64,000 bases of DNA, from positions 1 to 64,000 of IMG/VR virus record IMGVR_UViG_3300020420_001038; one strand, given 5' to 3'. Every line of letters starts with the position of its first letter. The stretch's first letter is position 1. The translations under genes and the position numbers were made by a program. The stretch comes from a virus. Below the pieces are notes generated by a model. That model worked only from the letters and a program-made list of their open reading frames with translations, did no database searches and was not told where the DNA came from. Shown here piece after piece: positions 18,443-27,673 of this stretch.

Positions 18443-19528
18443 TTAGTCTAAAAGTCTAATTAATTGCGGCACATCGACTTTCAGATCAACCATGTCTTTT
18501 CCTTTTTTATTTCTTGGTTTCTTCTGATTTAACTTAATACTATCTGTAAGCACCACAGTATGTTCTAGATCTAGATGTTTTGATAATACTGGATAAACTT
18601 TTTTACCAATAAAATCCTTATGTTGTAATTCAAATATTTTAGTTTTGGGTTGGCACCAAATCGTGTTTACTAATCCTGCACCATGCGGCGCCAATACATG
18701 TGATGCTTCTTTGAAAATTTGAATCTGTTCTTTGAGGCTCATTCCTTCTAATGTTACTGTTTCCCAACCTTTCAAGGCCATTAGCAACTGGTCTTGGTTT
18801 GATATGTTCCTGTTGCCTGCATCTTGTCTAGTAAGGAAAATTTTCCTACTTTGTTTTGGTGTTTCCCGCACTAATACATTTCCGAGGCCTCTCAACCAAA
18901 GAGGCATATGAGGAGTAATTATTCCGTCCTCATAATTCGACATCGATGGGACAACCATATGATAAAATCTCCAAGTTTCATTCTTTGGCATAACGTAATA
19001 TCTAAGTTCTGGAAACAATTCTTTAGCGACCTTTTCAAAATAGTTGCTTGGGTTGGATAAGATATAAACATATTTTGTAAAATCTGTGGCCCACCTTTTT
19101 TCCAATAATCTAAATTTAGATATCACATCGATCCATATATGCCACGGATTTTCTGCACTATACTCATCAATTGGCAACCAAACATAAGTCCAAGTAGCAT
19201 CTTGAAACTGTTTGGTTATTGGTGGCATCTCAATATCAACTTTATCTTCCCATTTACTAAAAAATTTATGTACCTTCTGTGGTTTATTTCTATATTTTGA
19301 TATAAGGGGCCATAAATGATGTGTGAGCATCTTACGATCCTCAGTAATCAAAACAGGTAAAGTTGACACAGAACAATTATGGAAATCTGCTACAAAAGTA
19401 GGCATACTGGTAAATTTCATTTCCATCTTCATATTTGCCCACTTCAAATAATAATCATAGGACTCGTCAATTATGTCAAATTGATGTAGGAAATATTTTA
19501 TGTCAGAAATGTTTTCAACCGTTTGCAT
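18443..19528 (-). CDS. GT61 (DUF563) glycosyltransferase
   Basis: NPWH, IFLTR...RNISN, SLKEQIQIF and APHGAGLVN motifs. Confidence 0.8.
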   Translation of the reverse strand: MQTVENISDIKYFLHQFDIIDESYDYYLKWANMKMEMKFTSMPTFVADFHNCSVSTLPVLITEDRKMLTHHLWPLISKYRNKPQKVHKFFSKWEDKVDIEMPPITKQFQDATWTYVWLPIDEYSAENPWHIWIDVISKFRLLEKRWATDFTKYVYILSNPSNYFEKVAKELFPELRYYVMPKNETWRFYHMVVPSMSNYEDGIITPHMPLWLRGLGNVLVRETPKQSRKIFLTRQDAGNRNISNQDQLLMALKGWETVTLEGMSLKEQIQIFKEASHVLAPHGAGLVNTIWCQPKTKIFELQHKDFIGKKVYPVLSKHLDLEHTVVLTDSIKLNQKKPRNKKGKDMVDLKVDVPQLIRLLD

Positions 19529-19557
19529 ATTCTAGATAATTATACTATAATTATTGT

Positions 19558-20250
19558 ATGATACCCAACAGAATGTTCATAAACGGTTGCTCTTTCCTTA
19601 CCACTAGGCCACGGAGAGGTGTCCATACCCATACAGGGCAAGAACTTGCTAAATTAATGAATCTTGAGGTCGCCTGTCAAATGGCAAATGGCGGTAGGGG
19701 ACATAAAAGGTTATACTGGACAACAAGGGCATGGTGTGAAAAATTTGTGACCTTGGCACAAGAATCCTTTTTCTTAATTGGATCAAGCGGTGGTAATAGA
19801 TTTGACTTTCCAACCAGTGATGGATATAAACAACATAAATTTCCTGACATGACTACAACATGGAAAACCTGGGATCCAAATAGAGATGAAGAAACAATTA
19901 AATTTACAAGATACCTTTTTAAAAGTGGATGTGATATTAATCAACTTATACAAATAGAGGCAATAAGCCATTTATTAGCCTTGCAGGACTTTTTTAAAAT
20001 TAAAAAATATCCTTATGTGTTCTACAATACTTTATCTAAACCTGTAATTGATAATGAGGATATACAAATGATGTGGGACAAAATAGATAAAAATAATTTT
20101 TTTAAACCTGAGACTAGCCATTTAGACTATACTGTAAAAAATAATCAATATTGTGCAGAAGGTGATCCCCATCCAAACACAGAAGGACACATACAATGGG
20201 CGAATCAACTAAAGGATTTTATAGATGATCACAATTTATGCCCCCGTTAA
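19558..20250 (+). CDS. SGNH/GDSL-like hydrolase or acyltransferase
   Basis: INGCSF near the N-terminus, GxG, and DPHPNTEGH near the C-terminus. Confidence 0.65.
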   Translation: MIPNRMFINGCSFLTTRPRRGVHTHTGQELAKLMNLEVACQMANGGRGHKRLYWTTRAWCEKFVTLAQESFFLIGSSGGNRFDFPTSDGYKQHKFPDMTTTWKTWDPNRDEETIKFTRYLFKSGCDINQLIQIEAISHLLALQDFFKIKKYPYVFYNTLSKPVIDNEDIQMMWDKIDKNNFFKPETSHLDYTVKNNQYCAEGDPHPNTEGHIQWANQLKDFIDDHNLCPR

Positions 20251-21037
20251 TAATTTGAACAGCAAGGCATGGGAGGTGTTTAACGGTGTACAAAAATCGT
20301 GGCCTGAGCAAGTTCAAATCAAAAACAATTCGTTAGAAACAGATCCTTTACCAAACTCAATGTTCTGGGGATTCGTTGGAAACAACAGAGAAATGGTAAA
20401 AAAGTTAGAAGCACGTAAGCAGTCTTTTTGGTACACTGACACACCTTACTTTGGTAGATTTGATAATAGTAATCTTCAAAAGGATAACCATTACTGGAGA
20501 ATATGTAAAAATAGTATTCACGTGAGATACATTCCTGGCTGTAAAACTGATCGATTTGATAAATTTAACATTAAATTAAAAGCACCTGACCTTAAAGGAG
20601 ATTATATTTTAGTATGCCCTAGCAGTGCAGGTATAAACGAATATCTCGATAGACCAAACTGGACTAAGGAAACTGTAGAGCAAATAAAAAGATATACAGA
20701 TAGACCAATTAAAATAAGGAATAAACCCAGAGGCAAAGGAACATCGGGTCCATCAGTTGCAAAAGTGCCAATAGAGGAAGATTTGAAAGACGCATGGTGT
20801 TGTGTGACAAGTTGTAGTATCAGTGCTATAGAGTCTGTCTGTAACGGAAAGCCTGTGTTTTGTGACGAGAAAAGTTTTGCAACACACATTGGAAACACAA
20901 ACCTTGCCGACATCGAAAACCCTATGTTTGTTAGTCCCGAGGATTGGTTATATAGTTTGGCATATCAGCAATTTACACCAGAAGAAATTGAAAATGGACA
21001 CGCAGTGGAAATTTTATTTGACAAGGGAATTTTGTAA
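20225..21037 (+). CDS. KpsS/KpsC-like glycosyltransferase (paralog 4)
   Basis: YTDTPYF, LVCPSS, RNKP, TSCSISAIESVCNGKP and LAYQQFTPEE; closest to paralog 3. Confidence 0.55.
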   Translation: MITIYAPVNNLNSKAWEVFNGVQKSWPEQVQIKNNSLETDPLPNSMFWGFVGNNREMVKKLEARKQSFWYTDTPYFGRFDNSNLQKDNHYWRICKNSIHVRYIPGCKTDRFDKFNIKLKAPDLKGDYILVCPSSAGINEYLDRPNWTKETVEQIKRYTDRPIKIRNKPRGKGTSGPSVAKVPIEEDLKDAWCCVTSCSISAIESVCNGKPVFCDEKSFATHIGNTNLADIENPMFVSPEDWLYSLAYQQFTPEEIENGHAVEILFDKGIL

Positions 21038-21564
21038 TGCAAAAAATAAACGAAATTTGGTTGCCAGACGAGGATGTACAAATATCGACAGACGGATTAA
21101 AACAATGGATAAAATTTTGCAAATATCAATATAAAAAATTTCAACAAGTGTTAGATTGTAATTCTGAATACGGTATATGGAGCAGAAGTATGAGATTGTA
21201 TGCGAAAGAAATTTTTGCCTTTGAACATAGGAAAAGTTTTGCCAAGTTTAGTGAAAAAAATTTAGTGCCGTACAATAATGTAAAATACAATGACCAACAA
21301 ATTGCAGATATAACTTCTCCTCCAAAAACTTTCAATATCGATTATTTTAACTACACTAATTTAGATTTAATTAAAATAAATTCAAACAATGTAATTACTA
21401 CGTTTAGTGGTGCACCTAAAACTTTAGGTAAAAATGATGAGAATCAGTCTAACGTAAAATTTTTATATATAGAAAATATCACTAATGATGTTGATGCTTT
21501 TATTAATAGTTTAAAATATAAATGTATTTTAGATAATTTACCAGATAGGGTATACTATAAATGA
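21037..21564 (+). CDS. Degenerate FkbM-like methyltransferase
   Basis: VLDCNSEYGIW, IFAFE and LDLIKIN follow the FkbM layout, but the glycine-rich SAM motif is eroded. Confidence 0.5.
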   Translation: MQKINEIWLPDEDVQISTDGLKQWIKFCKYQYKKFQQVLDCNSEYGIWSRSMRLYAKEIFAFEHRKSFAKFSEKNLVPYNNVKYNDQQIADITSPPKTFNIDYFNYTNLDLIKINSNNVITTFSGAPKTLGKNDENQSNVKFLYIENITNDVDAFINSLKYKCILDNLPDRVYYK

Positions 21565-22256
21565 AACCATTAGTAGTACAATTTTTTGTTCCTGCAAACA
21601 AATATAAAGATCCAACGTATAATCAAATAGGAGTAAATGATGAACTTTTTGCGTATTCCGTGACCTCGGTTAAAAAATATTGTGAGAAGTATAAGATAGA
21701 TTACAAATTAATTACAGAACCTACAATCAATCATGTTCATCCTACCTTTGAACGTTTTGATTTATTTTTCAATAATGAATGGTGGAAAGATTATACTCAT
21801 ATTCTTTATTTAGACACAGATGTAATTGTATGGGAAAGATCACCAAATGTGTTTGAAAAATATCCAGGAGATGATTCTTTCAAACCTGTGCAGGATAGGA
21901 TTGCACTTAAGAATAGTTTGAAATATCATACAGATAGAAAAAAAGACACTTGTCTTGAAAAGTTTGATGCAGAAGTTCTTCAAAAATCTAGATTCAATGC
22001 AGGAGTTTTTATGTTGACAAAAAAAGCAGTTGAAAGAATGTCACCATATTTGGATTATAAAAATTTACAAGGTGATGATAACGAAATGCTTATATATGCT
22101 ATGTTGGCATCAAAAGTAAAAGTTGAACAGTTAGACTGGCGATATAATAAAAAAAATAGTGTTAGTTGCTATTTTGGTCATGCAAGTGGCTACGAAAAAT
22201 TTAAGCCTAATTATAATATGTTAGCAGTAGCCAAAGAAACATTTACATTATCTTAA
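21561..22256 (+). CDS. GT-A glycosyltransferase (GT8/GT34-like)
   Basis: ILYLDTD, FNAGVF, WRYN and FGHASG motifs. Confidence 0.72.
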   Translation: MKPLVVQFFVPANKYKDPTYNQIGVNDELFAYSVTSVKKYCEKYKIDYKLITEPTINHVHPTFERFDLFFNNEWWKDYTHILYLDTDVIVWERSPNVFEKYPGDDSFKPVQDRIALKNSLKYHTDRKKDTCLEKFDAEVLQKSRFNAGVFMLTKKAVERMSPYLDYKNLQGDDNEMLIYAMLASKVKVEQLDWRYNKKNSVSCYFGHASGYEKFKPNYNMLAVAKETFTLS

Positions 22257-22853
22257 AAAACATTTATCTCTATATTTCATTAAAAAAATATTAAATGTAA
22301 TTCTGTTTGTGTCTTGATTGCTTTCATAGGAATGCCATGTCTTTCCTTGCTTACCACAAAAAATAAAACTAGTATTGGCTTTCCATTCTGCTTCTTTAAT
22401 GAATGCATCTGCTTTTTGTGCCTTATACATTTTTGTACCAACGTTTATATCGGGAGACACGTATGTCACAGAACTCCAAATTTTTTCAAGTCCTTCTTGA
22501 TGTATGTAAAATTTGTAGGGTAACGGTGGACAGATGGATATGTGACAGTTGGCTCCTATTGTGCTATAATCTCTATGCTCCGGATACAAACCACAAATTT
22601 TTTTATAGTTGTCTATAAGATTTCGACATATATCCTTTGCTTCGTCAAAGAAGTCTATATCCCAATCTTTGAATTGCCCTGGAAATATTTGTATCAAGTC
22701 CTTTGTTTCCAGTGTGAGGTACTTCTTGCATTGTGCTTCTAGTTTAATAAAAGTTTCTTCGGATAATGTGTTGTCAATAATTTGGTGTGGCCATGGATTA
22801 AGGTTTACAGGTGTATCTAAACACTTATCTAAAAAATTTTGTCCTTCGGTCAT
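22248..22853 (-). CDS. 2OG-Fe(II) oxygenase-like protein
   Basis: PWPH N-terminus, IHQE...TWHSY...RIT; layout parallels ORF 496-1227. Confidence 0.65.
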   Translation of the reverse strand: MTEGQNFLDKCLDTPVNLNPWPHQIIDNTLSEETFIKLEAQCKKYLTLETKDLIQIFPGQFKDWDIDFFDEAKDICRNLIDNYKKICGLYPEHRDYSTIGANCHISICPPLPYKFYIHQEGLEKIWSSVTYVSPDINVGTKMYKAQKADAFIKEAEWKANTSFIFCGKQGKTWHSYESNQDTNRITFNIFLMKYRDKCFLR

Positions 22854-23229
22854 TTGATATATTTAATATTATTTTGTAATCATCCAAATTAATATCAAAC
22901 TGAACTACTGGTCTTTTGTAAATTTTTCTATCTCTAATATAAATCGTCTTGTCGTTATTATCAAAAAGGATTAAATTATTTGGAGCATATTCTACGGATT
23001 TGCCACTTATTAAAATATCCTTGTTTATTTTATTGTCAGAACGTTCCTTAAAAAACCATAGGCAAATGACAGGTTTTGAATAATCTGCCTGTTCGACATC
23101 TTTAAAAAATTTATATTTGAACCTAATTTTATTTTTAAAATTTTGCCATGTAGTATGGGATAGATTGTTTTGATTTTCATATAACTTATTGTATTCCTCG
23201 TCCTTATAAAAATTTTTAATATATATCAT
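22825..23229 (-). CDS. Hypothetical protein (paralog of 23229-23717)
   Basis: YNKLYENQNNL, ICLWFFKER and RPVVQFD shared with the neighbouring ORF. Confidence 0.6.
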   Translation of the reverse strand: MIYIKNFYKDEEYNKLYENQNNLSHTTWQNFKNKIRFKYKFFKDVEQADYSKPVICLWFFKERSDNKINKDILISGKSVEYAPNNLILFDNNDKTIYIRDRKIYKRPVVQFDINLDDYKIILNISNDRRTKFFR

Positions 23230-23717
23230 TATCCCAAATTCCTCAAAAGCATTTTTTTTATTTTCTTTTTGTAGACAATATCAATAGTTTGTAAATCTAT
23301 CTGTACACAAGGTCTACGTATAACAAATTTATTTTTATTTAATTTTATGTCTTTATTTGTAATTAGCATGGTATTTGTTTGATAACTTACATTGTGTTTA
23401 TTAACTGTAAGATCTACAAAATCTTTGTAGGGATCTATTTTTTTATCTCTACAATACTTGCGATATTCTGCTGTATCAGGACGCTCTCTGAAAAACCAAA
23501 CACACACAACCTGTGTTGTATCTATATCCTCTAAATTATGTAAAAATTTAAACGAACATTTATTGTATTTTTTGAATTCAGTCCAATACTTTCCGTCTAG
23601 ATAATTTTGAAATTCATATAATCTGTTGTAACTTTCGCGTTCGAACACTTCGGGTAAAACTATTACCCCAGTGTGTATGAGATGCTTATCTTCGAGTTTT
23701 TGAAATAGTTTATGCAC
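23229..23717 (-). CDS. Hypothetical protein (paralog of 22825-23229)
   Basis: YNRLYEFQNYL, VCVWFFRER and RPCVQID; GTG start at 23717 next to the upstream stop is preferred. Confidence 0.6.
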   Translation of the reverse strand: MHKLFQKLEDKHLIHTGVIVLPEVFERESYNRLYEFQNYLDGKYWTEFKKYNKCSFKFLHNLEDIDTTQVVCVWFFRERPDTAEYRKYCRDKKIDPYKDFVDLTVNKHNVSYQTNTMLITNKDIKLNKNKFVIRRPCVQIDLQTIDIVYKKKIKKMLLRNLG

Positions 23718-24384
23718 TGAATAAGTTGATAACTTCTTTTTTCCAGTCATCTGCATATTCACATTCTCTATACCCGTCGAACCATGGACCACCTTCGGTG
23801 TAGTGTAATATTTTTGGTTTGCCATCATCTGGTTCTTGGTACCAACCTACTAACCAATTATAATTGTGGGGCAAAGATCCTATCTCAGAGTCATCCAACC
23901 ATGTAAATCTATGCAAGAATTTAGGGGTTTGTTGGTTTAAAAAATCAGGCGTCAATATCTTATTTTTTGGATGTTCGCAGTTCCAAAGTACCATGCTACT
24001 CCAATTTTTTCTTGGATACACAGTTTGTACCTGTCCGTCCATTTTTGTTGTCTCTTTTGGTTTGTAATCGTGTTGCACACAAACAACTGCTTTACTAGGA
24101 TCACAATATTTTTCTAATTCATGACTAGGAATTTTCCATAAAAAATCACAGTCGCAAAAAACTGCCCAGCCTTTGAAGTCGTTAAGATAAGGAACAAAAA
24201 ATCTTGTAAATGTAAATTGTGTCGTTGCGAGTTTGTCAACTTCTCTAGTGTATATGCCCTGTTCACGCATTTCGTTTTGCTTTAAAGGATACACTTCCGC
24301 ATCCGGATCTCTACGCTTAATAGAATGTTCGCAAACTTGATATGCAATATCTTCTCGTGAATCCCAGCCTACATAAATCTTCAT
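23710..24384 (-). CDS. GT-A glycosyltransferase (GT8-like phage family)
   Basis: IYVGWDSRE, FTFTRF, FCDCD, YPRKNWSS and LHYTEGGPW motifs. Confidence 0.8.
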   Translation of the reverse strand: MKIYVGWDSREDIAYQVCEHSIKRRDPDAEVYPLKQNEMREQGIYTREVDKLATTQFTFTRFFVPYLNDFKGWAVFCDCDFLWKIPSHELEKYCDPSKAVVCVQHDYKPKETTKMDGQVQTVYPRKNWSSMVLWNCEHPKNKILTPDFLNQQTPKFLHRFTWLDDSEIGSLPHNYNWLVGWYQEPDDGKPKILHYTEGGPWFDGYRECEYADDWKKEVINLFSA

Positions 24385-24388
24385 AACT

Positions 24389-25081
24389 CTATTTAATTGC
24401 TCTTTTTAGTCTTTCTACATCATCTTGAAAGTACACTTCTTTGCATTTTTTATATGTCCATTCATCTCTTTTAAATACACCTTTACTTCTATTACGCATT
24501 CCTGTTTCATCTTTCATCTTTGTAATTCTTACTGTTATATCTCTTCTATACACAAATCTATCTATTGCTTTCGCTAATTCACCAGTCCATTGATCCACGT
24601 TCCAGTGCCAAAACATAGGTCCCCAAAAATATCCTAGTGCTTTGCGCCATTCTTTAGTAACGACAGGAGTAACGCATTGTTGTTTCTCATACCTATTATC
24701 TCTGCCGCAAAACATGGCCATACAGAAAATACCATCAGGATACTCCATTTTGGTCAAATCCAATTTCAAGTCCCAATCCTGTGTCTCAAATACTACTTCG
24801 TCTCCTGCCAACATATAGTAATCTGCTTCCGTGTTTTCACACATCTCGTTCCAACTAAGGATAGTGTTTTGATCGGGTCCTATTTCGTACTGCACAGATT
24901 TTCCATAAGTTGACTGCAGGTTTGTAAGTATATTTTTGTAAAACTTTAATTGGTTATCATCATCATTAAGATAATATTTTATAATAACATTTGATTTATT
25001 ATTAGCCATATCTAATGCACTTGTCACTAACTTTTCAAGATACTGCGGCCGGCCACGTGTTGGGATTGCTATACAAATCAT
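24389..25081 (-). CDS. GT2-family glycosyltransferase
   Basis: IAIPTRGRP, LAGDE and WNVD motifs. Confidence 0.7.
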   Translation of the reverse strand: MICIAIPTRGRPQYLEKLVTSALDMANNKSNVIIKYYLNDDDNQLKFYKNILTNLQSTYGKSVQYEIGPDQNTILSWNEMCENTEADYYMLAGDEVVFETQDWDLKLDLTKMEYPDGIFCMAMFCGRDNRYEKQQCVTPVVTKEWRKALGYFWGPMFWHWNVDQWTGELAKAIDRFVYRRDITVRITKMKDETGMRNRSKGVFKRDEWTYKKCKEVYFQDDVERLKRAIK

Positions 25082-25764
25082 AGTTGAAGCACTGCCTCTA
25101 TCATGTGTGAAAAGCCTGTTTGCCTTTCTTCGGGGGACATATTTTTGTTTGAATCCTCAAAATGATCTGCAACTGTGTTTACTGATAATGCTTTACGATT
25201 GAATTGTGCGGCCAATGTGTATAACATATAAGTTTCCATTTCGACTGCTAATATACCATATGCTTGGTGATCGTGCCACCATGTTTCACTAGGTTGATAG
25301 AAATAATCATTAGATGTAATGCCACCAACATGGGCCTCGGGGCAAATATCTGAAAACTTTTTAAGTAATTGATAATCTGCACTTGGACTATATTGGAAGC
25401 CAGGGATTAAATTTTTGCCCATCGCACTGTCAGTACTTGCTGTTGTTGCCGCGACAATGTCTCCTACCTTAATGTGTTTTGCTATGCCTCCACAACTGCC
25501 TACTCTTATTATTTTTTGTACATCATAAAATTTAAAGAGTTCTGTAATATAAATTGAGTTACTTGGCATTCCCATACCGCCTGCCTGCACAGATATACGT
25601 TTACCATTGTAAGTGCCTGTAAAGCCTAAACAATTCCTCACACTGTTTACTTGTACAGGATTTTCAAAATAGGTTTCAGCAATCCATTTTGCTCTTAACG
25701 GATCTCCTGGTAGCAATACTGTATCTGCATAATCACCTTTTTTTGCTTCATTGTGTGGCGTCAT
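25078..25764 (-). CDS. deoD: Purine nucleoside phosphorylase
   Basis: MTPH, LLPGDPLRAKWIAE, GMGMPS, IIRVGSCG and AVEME motifs. Confidence 0.93.
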   Translation of the reverse strand: MTPHNEAKKGDYADTVLLPGDPLRAKWIAETYFENPVQVNSVRNCLGFTGTYNGKRISVQAGGMGMPSNSIYITELFKFYDVQKIIRVGSCGGIAKHIKVGDIVAATTASTDSAMGKNLIPGFQYSPSADYQLLKKFSDICPEAHVGGITSNDYFYQPSETWWHDHQAYGILAVEMETYMLYTLAAQFNRKALSVNTVADHFEDSNKNMSPEERQTGFSHMIEAVLQL

Positions 25765-26317
25765 ATAATTCCTTCCAGTTTTTTACCCGCTTGCCATTCC
25801 AACCCTCACGATTGTATGGGTGATCCATCATAAACGTATTAAGGCCAACTTGTTCGCCTTGTATTGCATAATCAACTCGATCTTCGATCCAAATATAATT
25901 TTTACCTTTGTATCTTTCTTCGAGAATTTCTTTTTTTGGTTTTCTAAAATCTCCTGCACAATATATGTAATCAAACACATCGCCAAACAAGTGTTTTAGA
26001 TTGGCTTTACGCAATTGATGTGCATATTTGTCTTTGCCAATCATTGTGATAACCTCAAAACGCCAACCGTCTCTTGCAAATTTACTGACAAACTCCACAC
26101 TATCTTTGTATGCTGGAACAAATCCTAACACACCAGTTTCGTTAAATTTATGCACTAGTTCTAGTGCTTCGGTTTCATCTATGCCGTATCTTTTGGATTG
26201 TTCAAAATATTGATCGGTCTCAGGAAATCTAACGTATCCTTGCTCTTTCATCCAAATGTCAAAAGCAAAACACCAGTCTAGCAGTACGCCATCACAATCA
26301 GTTATTATTTTTTTCAT
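25748..26317 (-). CDS. HAD-family 5'-nucleotidase-like phosphatase (T4 30.2-like)
   Basis: DCDGVLLDW, WIED and HPYN motifs. Confidence 0.78.
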   Translation of the reverse strand: MKKIITDCDGVLLDWCFAFDIWMKEQGYVRFPETDQYFEQSKRYGIDETEALELVHKFNETGVLGFVPAYKDSVEFVSKFARDGWRFEVITMIGKDKYAHQLRKANLKHLFGDVFDYIYCAGDFRKPKKEILEERYKGKNYIWIEDRVDYAIQGEQVGLNTFMMDHPYNREGWNGKRVKNWKELYDATQ

Positions 26318-27035
26318 TGATTAATAATCTTTTTATTTCATCCCAAGTACCTAAGTCTACATAATCTTCAACATCAATTGCTTTAGAATTGTAGATTGGT
26401 GTTGAACAAATTTCTGTGTTTTCGACTGGTTGTTTAAGTGTAGACTTCTCCATAAAGTCCATACAAGATTTAAATGCTCTTCTCCTGAAGGCAAATGCAC
26501 ACCAAAAAGCATTAAATTGTTCTAAGTTTGTATCAGGTTTATCTTGATAATTTTTTATTATCTTATCATCATCTACGTATAATGCACCTTTTGTTTTTAA
26601 CACTTCATGATTAATTTCGTCTTTATATAAAAATGTAAATCCTGTCTCGGTTAATGAGGTTTTTACAAGTTCAAATAAATCTCCTCCATTCCTAAGTTTC
26701 ATTATAGTATCAGGCAGGAGAACTAAATTATATTCACCAAATAAATGACTTGCACTTTTAATTGCACCTGTGTATTCTTCCTCGTTTGGATTTTGATACA
26801 CAAAACTGATGTTGTATCTGTCTTTATATTTTGCTAGGTATGTTATTAATTCTGTTTTGTTTTCGTTTATTACAACTACGAAGTCGACATCTTTACGTCC
26901 ATAGTCTCTGAAAAAATTAAACGAGTAATCTATCAATGCTTCGTCATTATTAATTCTTAATATTTCTTTTGGATATGGTAAATTTAATCTTGTTCCTTTT
27001 CCTGCCGCTGGTAATATTACTGTAAGGTTACTCAT
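26298..27035 (-). CDS. Sugar-1-phosphate nucleotidyltransferase
   Basis: ILPAAGKGTRL..PYPKE, LLPD, DKP and YVDLGTW motifs. Confidence 0.85.
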   Translation of the reverse strand: MSNLTVILPAAGKGTRLNLPYPKEILRINNDEALIDYSFNFFRDYGRKDVDFVVVINENKTELITYLAKYKDRYNISFVYQNPNEEEYTGAIKSASHLFGEYNLVLLPDTIMKLRNGGDLFELVKTSLTETGFTFLYKDEINHEVLKTKGALYVDDDKIIKNYQDKPDTNLEQFNAFWCAFAFRRRAFKSCMDFMEKSTLKQPVENTEICSTPIYNSKAIDVEDYVDLGTWDEIKRLLINEKNNN

Positions 27036-27673
27036 TTTCTTAAAATTTCATGTATTTGTTTCCAATTACTTACTCTGATTACATCAGGATGATTGAAATC
27101 TTTATTGTATTCGTGGTCAATTAATATAGGCTTTAAACCGTATTTAAGGCCTGCTAGTGCGTTTTTTGGCTTGTCCTCGACCCAATATAGTCCGGTTCCA
27201 TGAAATTCTGCTAAAGCACTATCTTTGTCTGATCCTGTATCTAAAATATGATAATTGGTAAAAACATAACTGCCAAATAATTCGCCTAATCTTTTCTTTC
27301 TTAAAAGTTGTGCAGGTATGTCAGAAGTTTGAGATGTGATTGGAATAAAGGTCCAGCCTTCCGCGGCCAGTAACTTCACCCAAGTCTGTGAGTCGGGCAT
27401 AGGACATTGTGTTCCCATCCACGCACTTTTATTGAATTCTCTTATTTCTTTTCTTATTTCTGTTTTGGAAAGACCAAAACGTTCTGCCATTTCGTATGTG
27501 TCTTGTTTGTTGTCTATTAATGTATATGGATAAATTTTCTTTCCTGTGTATCCTTCTCCAACTTCGTTTTCAAAATATGAACGTTGAAGCATCCATTCTG
27601 TAAAATGGTTTTCCCATTCCAGTAATACACCATCTACGTCTGTAAGGATAATTCTATTATTTGATATTGGCAT
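27032..27673 (-). CDS. HAD-family 5'-nucleotidase-like phosphatase (T4 30.2-like)
   Basis: DVDGVLLEW, WVEDK and HEYN; paralog of 25748-26317. Confidence 0.78.
   Translation of the reverse strand: MPISNNRIILTDVDGVLLEWENHFTEWMLQRSYFENEVGEGYTGKKIYPYTLIDNKQDTYEMAERFGLSKTEIRKEIREFNKSAWMGTQCPMPDSQTWVKLLAAEGWTFIPITSQTSDIPAQLLRKKRLGELFGSYVFTNYHILDTGSDKDSALAEFHGTGLYWVEDKPKNALAGLKYGLKPILIDHEYNKDFNHPDVIRVSNWKQIHEILRK

Noticed and set aside
23718-23828. Long 5' extensions of ORFs 23229-23828, 43965-44807, 12345-13139, 6776-7105 and 27657-28148
   Set aside because: The extensions overlap neighbouring genes; downstream starts fit coupling or promoter spacing better.
12345-27035. Bacterial capsule locus or assembly chimera
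   Set aside because: The genes overlap or are coupled with phage genes at both ends, carry phage late-promoter motifs, and lack transport genes.
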